64,000 nt of DNA from Octopus vulgaris (GCA_951406725.2 OX597816.1:104346001-104410000); one strand, 5' to 3'; counted from the stretch's first letter, positions 1 through 13,679 are shown. Notes: generated by a model not told the origin, from the sequence alone. Program-made: numbers and translations.

Positions 1-330
1 AGAGAGTTCCCGGTGTTTGTAAATATGTAGTTCACTTGGTGTGTTGGTTGAACCATCGATGCATACACCCAAGTCTGTGCATCTTTCCGCATAAGAATCT
101 CAGATGGAGAATTTTTCGAATGTTTATAAATATTTACTGTGCTACCAACAGATTAAATTTAGAGAATCCACTTCAGCTACTTTTGCATTTTCTTCATGAG
201 ACCGAGTATGTCCGTTTTGGAAGGTTGAGGGAAGGGGCAAATTCGTTACCACATAACATAATGCACCTATCATGACAGGTATAAATGAAAATTAATTGTC
301 AGTGTAGAAGCGCTGTAAGTTCCGCATTAA

Positions 331-361
<31 letters not shown>

Positions 362-366
<5 letters not shown>

Positions 367-1170
367 CTTATTTTGATGCATATGATGGAAAGTGGGAGCT
401 GTCCACAGCTAGCAGACTAAGGGTGACACTTGTTTACTGGTCATGTTTCAATAACCCTACGAAGAATTCTCACAGTTCCAAGCAATGCTGACTTTTGTAG
501 GTGTTCTACCTTCACACATGACCGATCTTTTTCAGCAATGTTGGTAGTTGAGTGCTGATATTTCCAAGTGCACCAATTTCTATTGGTATCACGTCTACTC
601 TCTTCATTGACCACAAATTTCGTATTTCCCACTTAAAAACGTCATAGTTGTTAGTTGTTTATTTTTCTTCCTCTTCACATTGATCATGTTGTCACCGGGG
701 TATGTGCTTTCTATTTTATGCACCACAATATGTCCGGTCTTCTATGTCTGGTCGGAGTGATCGCACTGGATCATTGCCTCCCACAGGATTTTGTAATTCT
801 CATTTTCGGTTAGTCCTTCTCGAGTTTTCTCATACCACTTCTTTGCTCTTTGTAGGTCGTGATTCCACAGAGCTTCCAATGGATCGTTCTTGCCACATTG
901 TCATGGCGCCTTTTGTATTCCAGTTGTGCTAAATTTCTGACATTCGTTACTGACGTGCCATGCCGTTTCACCCCTCTCACCAGACATTCTTCATATAGTT
1001 GGTCCTTAACGCTTGTTCCTGAGCTGCGCATATGAGTGCATCTATCTCGGTTGCCAAGTGAATCCTCCTCATCCATAGCCACCAGTCCTCTGTATCTGTC
1101 TTGGCGTTCACATCTCTTTCAAACTGACTGTACATTTTCTTTTCCTTCCATGCTCTTTCTTTTCATAAAT
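362..1170 (-). mobile_element. 5'-truncated, internally deleted R4/Dong-type (RLE endonuclease) LINE fragment
   Basis: ORF pieces YKRRHDNVARTIHWKLC and C-terminal LQKSALLGTVRILRRVIET match the RLE C-termini of the longer copies in this window; 3' end abuts (TA)n at ~334-361. Confidence 0.85.
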
Positions 1171-1199
1171 TTTTCTTTATTTACATGATTTTCTCTTTT

Positions 1200-1900
<701 letters not shown>

Positions 1901-3581
1901 ATATGTCGATATCGAATTTCTCTATGCAAACGCCTAATGCAACAACTCCACTTAACTGCTTTAAACTTTTCCAAAATTATTATCATATACTGTGAAAGGA
2001 GAAGCTTATCTATCGCTTGAAAGAGAAACCTTTCATAAAATAAAATTATGCTAAACAATTTAATAATAATTGCTTGGAATAATCGACGACTTTAATCAAC
2101 GTTGCTTCTTTGATGTGACAAATTATGTACATTTGGTTCTGTGTGTTTATTGATTTTTTTTATTATATTATTCTATTGCAATTAATTAACACTGAAAATA
2201 GTCAGAAAGATGATAGAAAGCTATATATTTGTAAAATTTCACACTAACATGGACTAGACCGGCCTCGCTGGCATTTAAAATATTATGTTTCACTCAGGTG
2301 TTATTTGAGTATTGTGAATAATGAATATAAACTGTGAGAGTGAATATGTTATGATAACAACACTCGTGTCAACTTTTCTTATCTGGATAATTCGGCAACT
2401 GTCAAAAATCTGCATTTCATTAAAGAATGTTTAACCAAGAACTTATTGGTTAAGGACATACTCTATTTAAAATCAGAAACCCGTAGATTTCAAATCAATA
2501 CTGTGATGTCTTAGTTTCTATTTCAGTGGTCCACATTTCTCATTAAAGTTTGAGTATAGATCTTGTGAGATCTATATCGGAGAAATATTACCAACATTCT
2601 TTGCACAGGAAGAGTATTACCTTACAGTAAAGTATCTTGTATACAAACTTGGACATGCCTCAACTAACTTGCATATGAGTGCGTGTGCTGACAACGCGGA
2701 TTAACTAGTATGTTTTACATTGTGAAATTAAATTTTGTTTTGTGCAGTCGTGTTTTAATTTTGGCATTGAATTGTATAATTAATTTTCTACTTTAATGTG
2801 GTATTTATAATGTACGTAAGATTGATTCTCTAGTATTTTCCTATCACCAAAACCTCAGAAATATGTCAGCCCAAGCACAAATTACGGATAACCAAAGTGA
2901 TCTATAAACTTTACTGTAAAACTGACTGTTGCAAACTTCAGCATACTTGCTGTTATATTTGACAGACTGGTACAACACTCTTGTAGAGGCTCACTATGCA
3001 CTTGCAACTTTGTAGGAGTGCACATTCTATTACTGCACACCACAAAACGAAATATGCGCGCGTGTCTGTATAGCATTTTTTACAGAAATGCCGTACGTTC
3101 CAAATATATTTTACAGCTAGATGCATTAATCATTGAAACTTGTTTTCTATCGCTTATATCACTTTCACAGCGTTTTGTTTGTCAGTACTACATCACTTAT
3201 CCTGAGCTACGAAATGTATTTTCCACTTACACTGATTCCCTCATTTTCATTTAATGCACATTTCTAATAGAACTTCCTCTGTCTCACATATGTACAAGTA
3301 GGAACAACATTTGACTTTCTGGATTTAACAATGATTAATGTTGCATAAATAAAAACAATTATTTGGGGGGAAACTATCCAAAATTATATTATATGATTTT
3401 TACAATATATACCGAATGAAAATAAAAACAAAATATCTGTTCATACATTCTGAAATTATATAATAATAATTATTTTTTAAAAATTGTTTTTGCATTAAAG
3501 TCTTGAAGAAAATATATTTAACTGAATCACTGCCAAGTTTTCTCTTAATCCTTTAAGTACTGCTAACTAATTTCCTTTCAG

Positions 3582-3639
3582 AATAGCAGCTGATCGAAGG
3601 GCAAGCTCCGCGTTCCGCTTCAGAGGAACGTTAATGTAG
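3582..3639 (+). other. Candidate terminal coding exon of an unknown host gene (IAADRRASSAFRFRGTLM*)
   Basis: Branch-like TGCTAAC at 3561-3567, pyrimidine tract TTTCCTTTCAG, then a locally GC/CpG-rich open frame ending in TAG; no homology recognised. Confidence 0.3.
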
Positions 3640-4674
3640 CGCCATAGTAAATCTCGTAATTTTAACTAACCTCTCTGAAGTTCACAAATTTTCTGTTCCC
3701 TGGAAATTAATTCGATGAAATATTTGAAAAAAAAAAAAAAGTAGTACATTTGCCATTTTCCATCTTATTTGGTGTCACTTTTTCCGGGTATAAATCACAA
3801 ATAATGACAATGCGTTTATGCAATAACAAATCTTTTTTTTCTTTTTGCTTAGATGGTATCGTGCGAATGGATATTAAAATATGCAGTTTAGTTTTCCTTT
3901 GGGATTCTAATGCAAAAATTCAGAGCTTACACACACACACACACACACACACGCACCGCACCACACACAGGCACACAGTCACTTATATATATATATATAT
4001 ATATATATTTAATCATATGTACGTATGTGTTTATGTATGCAGGTATATATATGTATGCATGTATCTATCTACTATCTATCTACCTCTCCCTCTTTCTGTA
4101 TATATATATATATATATATATCCATGTTTTTTAAGCTTTAAAATTATATGGTCTTGCTCTAGAGTAAAGCTCATAAATCATTCAAACAGTATATCAGTAC
4201 ATCATATTTCTTATAAGAAAACATTTATTTCGAAAGAATATTTCACTCCATGAACGGCAATTGGGCATTATTCTATAAATTTATCTAAATTTGAAGAAGT
4301 GTCTGAAGCATTGTAATTAGATTCACAACTTCAATCCATATAGTGAGACAAGGATAATTCTTTCATACTTCTTCATCAACAAGAATGTTCATCAAAGCAT
4401 ACAAGCTCTTTTGAGTACTGTGGTATCAGACAGATGAAACTTATAGCCGGTCGCATATAATTCTGTTTATATTTTATATTTATGTCTCCCTGGAAGATGC
4501 AGCTTCTTATTAATTCCGCCAATAACAAAACCGTTGACTACACAGCCACACACTCGTTGATAAAACACACACATTTATATATGGTAAATTTATGGAATGA
4601 AGTCCCATAAAACTCATCAATTTAGTTAAAAATGGAGGAGACAAGTTGTTAAAATATAGAAGAAGTTTAATTTT

Positions 4675-4788
4675 TGCAGGCGATCGTTTCGTACAGAGAT
4701 ATAGTAATAATGTAAATTCATGATTAAATTAAATTAAATTAATTACATTAATTACATTACATACATATCAACATATTCTTCAGTGCAC
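4675..4788 (-). ncRNA. Degenerate type-I hammerhead ribozyme motif, probably from a Penelope-like remnant extending to ~6380
   Basis: Minus strand TGCA-CTGAAGA-(long AT-rich stem II)-GAAACGATCG-CC-TGCA; stem I TGCA/TGCA, palindromic stem III, cleavage triplet reads GCC rather than GUH. Confidence 0.5.
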
Positions 4789-6384
4789 GAAGTAAAAATC
4801 ATAATGCAAAGAACTTAAGAAGGAATATAGCAGAAAAATTGAAGCTAGGAGATTCATATTTTTGTCCGTGTAAGAAAGAAATGTGAGTCATGTCGGATAT
4901 ATGACCATAACTTACGGCTACAACAGATATTTGGAGATATAAGTCAAGAGGTATCATAGACGTTCCTTATATAGATGAGTATGGAAATTAGAGATTTAGA
5001 TTCCAAATAAGTAACGTAGGACAAATATATATTAGACAAGTCCAATGGAACGACACTCCTAGATTTATATTAAAAGCTGAGCTAACCGTTGAAGTCATAA
5101 TGTATTTTTCAAAAGGTTTTCTACATAAAAATGCTGCTTAGCGTGAGGATTTGGTATATAAGAAGTTAATATTAGACAGTTAACGTAAACAAATGTTAGG
5201 AGATAAAGAGGGATAAGAACGATTTAAAGAGAGAATCTTATATGTATAAGGGACTAATATTTATATAAAAATCATATTAGGTAATACGTATTAATGACAA
5301 AGCAGAAAGAGGTAAGTAAAACAGAAAGACATTTGTAGATATTACACTTAAAACAGTGTATGTAATTGCTGTGACAATAAAGATAAAAAGTTAAATTGCA
5401 ATTTGAAGTAAAGATAGGTATACTTAAAAAATAAATATATAAATGTAGGGGAGATAAATGATCGGGGGAAGAGAAGAGCAAAACAATAAAAATTAGAAAA
5501 AAAGTGAAGGATATTGATGTGTTAGGTTATAGTGTAGTTGTGTTTTAGTATATATAAAAAGATTGTTTTAGAGGTAATAATCTAGCTTAGTATTATGTGA
5601 GCAAGATATGTAATGGTAGTAAGGTCAGAGAGGTATTCAAACTGCATGGGTGTAGTGCCAGTAAGAATATAATAAAAAGAAAAAAGTACGAGAGGATGGG
5701 TATGCAAAAGTGTAAAAACACTATACATAATATGAGAAATATATTTGAATAAGAAGAGTGTGTCTATATTTACTCATACGTGTGTAGAGGTATATTTGTA
5801 CTTTAGTATATATAGATATAGGGATTCTTGTAGATGTAGGATTAATGTATACATATAAAATAAATTATACACAGTACAACTTTACCCATTCCGGTTCTTG
5901 GAGAGAAGGAGTAACTCGCATATAGATATAAATACACACATATAAATAGATTATATATATATATATATGTATGTATATGTGTGTGCGAAACATACATATA
6001 TACGCAGGTACACACATTCATATTAATATACATGTCATTGCCTACATATAATAATCAAACACATATCTATAGATATACACAAATAGATAACGCATAAGAT
6101 CTATACCTAGATGTGCATACATGGGTGTAGACATGTGGGACACCAAGAAGTACTATATGTGCATACATGTGTGCATATGTGAGCAGTTCAAATATACGTG
6201 ATTATAATGTGTAGTAACAAATAACAAAAAAACATTAACAGTTGGAATGGATATGTTTTGAGTGGGGAAATAGAAGTGCTGAAAAGTGGAGTACATAGAC
6301 ACAATATGTAAATAAAATACAAGACAAAAAATTATAGGTTTCTTATATACTAAGAAAAGATATAATTTCCTTTATTCAAACATG

Positions 6385-6718
6385 TGGAGAGAAAAAGACC
6401 CCAGCAATGTCATCACGCTTCAGGACCAGTTACTGCAACAGCCTGGGTTTGAAGGGTCCACAGCTTTTTAATTTTCTCCCAAAGAGTCTGAGGAACTTGC
6501 ACAAAGTAGATGTAGGGTTTTTTAAATCAAAGCTGGACCTCTTCCTGTCGAGAGTCCCAGATGAACCTACCTCACGGCAAGAGGTGCAAATGAAGGTAGC
6601 TATATCAAACTCCATTCTTCACCAAGTGCCACATATTAGAAGAGACTCTTAGTAATAACAGTGTAGCAAAACGGCGGTGCATCAGCATGGTCGCAGCTCT
6701 GAGCTGAAACTAGAGAGA
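6385..6718 (+). mobile_element. CR1/L2-group LINE 3' end
   Basis: ORF 6407-6652 NSLGLKGPQLFNFLPKSLRN...FKSKLDLFLSRVPDEP is a typical CR1-group ORF2 C-terminus; the tail GGTGCATCAGCATGGTCGCAGCTCTGAGCTGAAACTAGAG recurs at 35630-35670 (-). Confidence 0.8.
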
Positions 6719-6897
6719 ATATGTATGTATATATATATATATAAGATTCCAGTACTTATGTGTATACCATTCTGCCTAAATACTAGAACTACAGATGCAA
6801 TATCACTGCATATCTCACGTCTACTTTCATCTCTCAATTTCACTCTCTGTTTCATGTCTTATCTAGAATAACTATTGCTTAACCAACTTCTCACACC

Positions 6898-6945
6898 GTC
6901 TCCGATGAAGCGATATATAACAAATCTCGGAAACAACTATAAGAC
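6898..6945 (+). ncRNA. Degenerate hammerhead motif in a Penelope pLTR-like remnant (~6740-6985)
   Basis: GTCT-CCGATGA-...-GAAACAACTATA-AGAC; stem I GTCT/AGAC, core box mutated; downstream sequence is shared with 10110-10212. Confidence 0.45.
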
Positions 6946-7429
6946 CTGTTTATAAATGTTTTGAAATCTTTCACAACCTTGGAGGTCATATGGGAGACAG
7001 ACTTATACAGGATGATGAACTCCTTCCTCGATGACACATTCCAATTCGTGTTAAAGTATCATGACTTAGCACCATCAAGGTGTTTGAATGAGACATTAAG
7101 TCTAGTCGGCCTCTGGCGAGGCGGAAATAAGGATAAAAGTAAGAGATTCTAGTACCTCGTGATATGAATATGCATGGGAAAAAGGTAAGCTGAGTGCCTC
7201 ATTTGTAAGGAACTTGAATCCTGTTGGAACAACGTAAAAGGTTTATTATCTCATTATTGTGTAAAAGAAAAAAAGAACAATGATTTCGAGAAGCGTCAAT
7301 CGGCGGGCGTCGTATGCCTACCCTCATCAATATCATTTCTTTTACTTATCATTCATCTCATTTGTGTTTTGTCCAGCCCTCAACTGCTTCTATCTGTGCT
7401 AAGGTTTTATGGATATCTAATGAAATAAA

Positions 7430-7567
7430 GAAGCTTGCTTCCCAACCACATGAATCCAGGTTCAGTCCCACTGCGTCGCACCATGAGCAAGTGTCTTCTG
7501 CTATAGCCTCGGACCGACCAAAACCTAGTGAGTGCATTTGGTAGCCGGAAACTGAGAGAAGCCCGTC

Positions 7568-7618
<51 letters not shown>

Positions 7619-7870
7619 TGTGTGTGTGTCTGTGAGTGTGTGTGTGTCTGTGTTTCTTTGTATCTGTGTTTGTTCCTCCACTATCGCTTGACAACACATG
7701 CTGTTATGTTTATGTCCCCCGTAACTTAGCGGTTCGGCATAACAGAGCGATAGTACACGTACTAGGCTTACAAAGAATACATCCTGGGTTCCATTTGCCA
7801 GCATAAAACCCTTTAAGATGGTGCTCCAGCATAGTCAAATGATTGAAACGTGTAAAATGATAAAAGAATA
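7430..7870 (+). mobile_element. tRNA-derived SINE, family A (internal microsatellite, CR1-like tail)
   Basis: AAGAAGCTTGCTTCCCAACC...GGTTCAGTCCCACTGCGT head, (TA)(TG)n middle, GGTGCTCCAGCAT...TGAAAC tail; homologous to copies at 13118, 43857 and 45752. Confidence 0.85.
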
Positions 7871-9178
7871 TATTGACTACATTGATAGATAAATAGATAG
7901 ATAGATGACCAGGTAGATAGATAGAATGATAAATTGGTAGATAGATATATATAAAAAGAAATACAGGTAGATCTATTTCTTAGACTTATTTAGGTCCTAT
8001 GAAACTTTTTATATGAAGCAAGAGCTCATATCTATCGAAGTAGAATTACAAAGTGCATGTTATTTGATATTTTCCCAAATATCACCGTATTTCATTACCA
8101 GCAAAGATAAATTTTGCTAAATTTTATCTCATTGATGTTTTAGTTATGGTTTCAAATATATTTGTTTGTTAAAGTTACATATAAGAATACTATATAGAAT
8201 TATAAACCTGATCGATTCTGTCGATAGTAAAGAAATATTAGAAAGTGAAATTGAAAGCATTATTAAGTGAATCATATTTCCAGCAACATTCATGCAAATA
8301 TGTTTATATCAGCGAAGAGATAGCGTGACTCATACCGAACCAAAGTACCAATCAAACGAAGTGATTTCGTCAACCAGTTTTGTATAATTAAAGCCAAACA
8401 GACGTTATGTCTGTCATTAGAAATGTCATCTAATACGACTAAATATCAAGTCTGCTAGCAGAGATTCAAATCTAGAATGCTTTAGACAGTTCAATAAATG
8501 CGTCTGAAGGGATGGTGAGGTATATCACTCTGACAAAAAAGGTTAAAATTGGCTTTAAGTATATAATCTCATACACCAACCTGATTCATCGAGAGATGAA
8601 GAAGTGGCATGTAATATAAGTTGGTAGCGTTGTTATCTTTTATCCATTGGCAGGGAACAATAGACCAATGTAGTCTTCCTGGAACCATAAAATTGGATGT
8701 ACCTAAAATATACATTAGCTAACCAGCCTGAATGGCATTTCCTGGAACTGTAATTATAAGTTCCTTTAAAGCAAGACATGTAATTGCAATTCAATGCTTA
8801 GCATTTCTTTATTAAAATCTACTGATACAAGACAATAGCTACAACATATACAATACGGAAAGAACCCTGAGGGGAATGTAGATAGCCACAACGTGATTTA
8901 TATGTCTAGAATCGCATGAAAGTCAGTAACATTTCCTGTTTATTAAGTGTGACATTTCATGTTGTATTTGCTAGCAAGTGAAACTGTAGAGTCTATATCA
9001 ATGAAAGAGGGAGTAAAGTTCGGTATTACTTATATCAAAATTATACTCTCTCTCTCTCTTTCTCTCGCTTTCTTTCTATTTCTTTACACACACAATCGCA
9101 CACACATACAATTATAAACACACCCATATATATCACAATGTATTATATTACATTATATTATACTACATATTACATATA

Positions 9179-9220
<42 letters not shown>

Positions 9221-9314
9221 TTTATTTATTCATGTCTACATAATTGTAGTTCTTATAGAAGAATGTAGTTGAAAGTTACTTCGAAGTATCGGCCAGCTAA
9301 GCTATCGTCGGGTT

Positions 9315-9350
9315 GCAGTCTGATGACGGCCGAAACTTCGAAGTCACTGT
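9315..9350 (+). ncRNA. Minimal type-I hammerhead ribozyme
   Basis: GCAGT-CTGATGA-CGGCC-GAAA-CTTCGAAG-TC^ACTGT: intact core, GUC triplet, stem I CAGT/ACTG, palindromic stem III ACTTCGAAGT. Confidence 0.75.
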
Positions 9351-9487
9351 CAATAACAGTCTTGCATAAGAATAATATATACTCTACAAATGTATAAAGT
9401 AAGCAATGAGATTATGTAAAAAATGTTTTTATAACTGAACATAAAAACGAACATTAATATATAACTGTATAATAATATATATTCTCT

Positions 9488-9817
9488 GATTTGAAGCGAC
9501 AATTTCTAAATCCAAACAAAACGCTAACCCCAGCCAGAATCGAACCCACAAATCAACGCTAACACGGCTCCTTGTGCATCTGATTAGGCCAAACACTTCT
9601 CCTTCAATTTCTGGTTTGTTTACAAATATCATATGTAGTTTTAGACAGTTTTAGAAGTATGTATTCATGAAATTTGGCTGAAATTGATTTGTGAGTGTTT
9701 GGCTCTATCGGATGCGCAAGGCGTCTTGTTGGCTTTGATATGTTGGTTCGATTTTGGCTGGGGTAGCTCATCATTTTCCGGCCATTTGTTTGTATTTAAA
9801 CACTGTCGTTTCAAATC
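9488..9817. repeat. Diverged long inverted repeat (fold-back or MITE-like)
   Basis: Left GATTTGAAGCGACA...CCCCAGCCAGAATCGAACC...CCTTGTGCATCTGATTAGGCCAAACACT matches the reverse complement of the right arm over >100 bp. Confidence 0.8.
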
Positions 9818-9926
9818 TATATTATTATATATTATTATGATATGATATTATAAAGTTATTATTTTATGAGTCTTCCATAGTAGCTTTCTCTCCGTAACTT
9901 GCAAAGCCTTTCTAGTTTGTTTACAA

Positions 9927-9990
<64 letters not shown>

Positions 9991-10109
9991 ATGTGTGTGT
10001 ATGTGTGTGTGTGTTTGTGTGTATCGATACAGACACACACATATATATTCATATACATACACGCATATTATCATATATAGGTATATGCATATATATATAA
10101 TTTGTTTTT

Positions 10110-10212
10110 AGAATGAGATAAAAAAAACAAAGGCTGTGAAGATTTTAGAACATTTATAAATAGCTGTAAGACCTCTAAAATCTTCACAGCCTTGGTTTTT
10201 TTATCTCATTCT
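10110..10212. repeat. Short fold-back with ~40-bp arms, Penelope pLTR-like
   Basis: Arm 10110-10149 is near-perfectly complementary to 10174-10212; loop contains AGCTGTAAGACC. Confidence 0.85.
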
Positions 10213-11134
10213 GATAAAAAAATATGTATACATACGTTGATAAATGACCTACGTTGGACTCCTTACTGGCATAATCACCGAACCTGGAGCTTAACTATGC
10301 TCTATCGATAGCATTTACTCAGCATTACCTGACACCATTATTTCTCATAACCTCCTATATATGCAATGCATACTCTGTTAAAATAACTGAAATAACACTA
10401 ATAACAAAGTGAATTTAATAATGACTTCAAATTTTGATTTCATATTTGGCCACTTAATTTTAGCGTGGATTATAGTAATTTAGTAGATATTAATATATTA
10501 ATAATGTATAATAGCTGGAACTTCTTTGATTATTCACGAAAGGACTAAACACAGCCATAATACATACAGATTTCGAACATAGTACAAAGATACATCAAAC
10601 TAAAACATTAGGTACAGTTCAGTAAATTAGTAAAGTTGAGTCATAAACGCATATTGTTAATTTTTATCGCCTTTAATATTCATGCAGTGAAATTGAAAGC
10701 TTGAGAACTAAGATTTTAAATATTCACTGCTTGTAGCAGAATTACAGACATTTGAATAATTAATATCCATAGCTACACACAAATATACATGCACACACAC
10801 GCAAACATACTCATCACACACACGCACACACACACTCATACACACACAGAGGCATATATATATTCAAATATGAATTAGACAGCGAGCTTTGTTTGACATG
10901 TAACATTGATAAGTCAAAATAATGACGAAACGTCGATGTCTATCGCTCCCAAAAAGGGAGTTGTCTCCCTTGAATATGACTTTCAGGTGGTTCTTTTTCT
11001 TTACACCAGGCGCTTAACAATCACAACCGACCCACGAACTAACAACACAATGTGCGTCCGATTTTGCTTATATACATACACACACATACACAAACATATA
11101 CATATATGTAAACACACATATTTACATACATGCA

Positions 11135-11695
11135 GGATGTCCCAGTGAAAACCCCAATAAAATGCAACTCAATAGACCTGATATAATGGTTTGGGACAAA
11201 GAAGGGAAACTGTGCGTTTGTGGAAATTAGCTGCCCAATGGATGTTAACATAAAGCTAAAGCTTAGCGAAAAAGTGAATATATACGCTGAACAACTGAGA
11301 TTACTAGTTCAGGCTTATACCTGTAATTATTTGAGCGCTGGAATATGTGACACACTGCCTAGATATTAATTTTCAGAAATTAGGTATCTTAAAATCAGAA
11401 AGGAGAAAGTTGATTCGAAAAATATAAATGCAACCCATCTGTAAAAATCTGTAAAACTTTCCGGAGGTTTCTCGTTTAAGTATTTATGAGCATGTCTAGA
11501 TATGTAAGTATATTCATGAGAAGCAATACATAAAACAAAACATACAAATCTACACATATACATACATACATACATACATACGAAAATATCCTGTTCCTGA
11601 TGTTGAAATTCCAATGAAGGTGCTTTGAATATAGGTTAAAACCCGGCTCTTTCTCTATTGGCAAGAAATCTTAAAATAAAACTGAATAATGACAC
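11135..11695 (+). mobile_element. 3' fragment of a second RLE-endonuclease LINE lineage
   Basis: Manual translation NRPDIMVWDKEGK...VEISCPMDVNIKLKLSEKVNIY...KICKTF (PD..E..K nuclease motif); not in the ORF track. Confidence 0.7.
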
Positions 11696-12619
11696 ACATA
11701 CTTACGAGTGTGTGTGTGCGTGTGTGTGTGTGTGTGTGTGTCTGTGTCTGTGTCTGTGTCTGTGTTTGTGTGTCTCTGTGTGTGTGCATACAATTGTGCT
11801 TATCGTTAAAAGACAAATGATGATTGTGTTTATATATTATTAGTTTACTTGTTAAGTTGATTTGATCGTTAAACTAAGTACATTAAGCTACGGTAAACAA
11901 CTTAAATTTACGTAACACAAATAAGAGTTGATGTACAGTTGGACATACGGACAAATTCTCAAGGAATTGAGCTTTGCCTTTTAGTTGAGGAAAGAAAATA
12001 AATCCTAGCAGTTAGAGTTGCGAGAAGAAAAGGAGAAATTAATTTGATAAAAATAATACCAATTATCTTAAAAGCGAAACTTTAGGAGATTAGGAGCAGT
12101 CCTGAGCTTTCGGAGCAGACAGGAGGAAAGATACTGTGATGTTTCTGTTAATTATAAGACGAAATTTCCCTAAGAAGACAACAATACATTTGTTATAACG
12201 TATTCTTCTATAAATCTTAACTTTTTTGCTAGCTCTTCGTATGTAAACCGACTAAATTAAATACAGTAGTCGTCTCTTAGTAAACAAGTTAATTTAATAA
12301 GTAATTCAATAATTTAATTACATATTTCAGCAGTAAAAAGTTAAATACTTCTGGTTAAAAGTCAATAAAAGATATAGGAATGACTGTATTGTATAAATAG
12401 TACAGCGAAATGAACTAATATTATAGATTCATTATGTCAGTATCTGGAACCAAACATTTGCTCCACTTCCAGTATAACGGATTCACCTATCTCCTCTTCT
12501 GTTACAGCGAAATCTATCAAATATATATATATATAAATATATGCTATTACATATTATTTTGTATTATATTTATATTATATATATATGTGTGTGTGTGTAT
12601 GCATACATATATACGAAGA

Positions 12620-12935
12620 GGTTTTTCATTCTCCGTCTATCAATTTCACTCACAAGACCAGTGTGCAAAGCAGTGGAACTGAATGCGGAACTATGTGGAT
12701 GGGAAGCAAGCTTCTTAGTACACAGCCACGCCTATACCTAATAATTTGTTGATATGTATATATCTTTCATCTTTTACTTGTTTCTGTCATTAGATTGCAG
12801 CGATGCTGGGGCACCGCCTTGAAGAGTTTTTAGTCGAATGGATCGACCCCAGTATTTCGTCTTTTAGGCCTGCTACGCAAACACACCAAAATTGATTGCC
12901 AAGTCGTGGAGGGGTGACAACCTACCCACACACAA
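12620..12935 (-). mobile_element. Two deleted SINE family A fragments
   Basis: Reverse complements of the head (CACAGCCACGCCT, GGGAAGCAAGCTTCTT) and the tail (ATGCTGGGGCACCGCC). Confidence 0.7.
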
Positions 12936-13043
12936 ACATACACATGCACACACACACACATATATATATGCCGAACCGTTAAACCCGATACATTTTTCTT
13001 CCGTTTTTTTTTTCATTTTCTCTCCATCTTTTACCTCTCAGTC

Positions 13044-13079
13044 CTTTCTGACGAAGTGCGTAGACTCGAAACTTCAAAG
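13044..13079 (+). ncRNA. Minimal hammerhead motif in a short repeat (~12972-13105)
   Basis: CTTT-CTGACGA-AGTGCGTAGACTC-GAAA-CTTC^AAAG; stem I CTTT/AAAG, one stem III mismatch. Confidence 0.6.
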
Positions 13080-13117
13080 ATTTTTCCATTCTTCCTGAGC
13101 GTTATATATATATATAA

Positions 13118-13280
13118 GCGCAGGCGTGGCTGTATGGTAAGAAGCTTGCTTCCCAAACACAAGCTTTCGGATTCAGTCCTACTGCGTATCAACTTGGGCA
13201 AGTGTCTTCTACTAAAACCTCGAGCTGACAAAGCCTTGTGAGCGGATTTGGTAGGCAGAAACTGGAAGACGCCCTTCGCG

Positions 13281-13311
<31 letters not shown>

Positions 13312-13492
13312 GTGTTTGTCTCCCAACCATCGGTTGACAAACAATTCTGGTGTGTTTATGTCCACGTAACGTAATGGTACGGCAAGGAGACCGATAAGAT
13401 AAGAACTGGGCTAACAAAGAATAAGACCTGGGGGCGATTTGTTCGACTATAGGCGGTGCTCCAGTCAAATGACTGAAACGAATAAAAGAATA
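13118..13492 (+). mobile_element. tRNA-derived SINE family A, near full length
   Basis: GCGCAGGCGTGGCTGTATGGTAAGAAGCTTGCTTCCC head, CORE-like CTTGGGCAAGTGTCTT, tail GGCGGTGCTCCAGTCAAATGACTGAAAC. Confidence 0.85.
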
Positions 13493-13499
13493 CTGGCCA

Positions 13500-13645
13500 G
13501 CTTCTTTTAGTTCCCGTGTACAAAATCCAATGATCAGTCAGAGGATATAATAGAAAACTGTTGCCCTGGTTGCAGTGCAGTGGGATTGAACCCGCAGCCA
13601 TGCGATTGGGAAGCAGGCTTCTTACCACACGACCACGTCTGGTCC
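13500..13645 (-). mobile_element. SINE family A head fragment
   Basis: Minus strand GTGGTCGTGTGGTAAGAAGCCTGCTTCCCAATC...GGGTTCAATCCCACTGC (A and B boxes). Confidence 0.75.
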
Positions 13646-13679
13646 TATGTATATGGTTGTTTGTTTCTCTGGAGACTGT

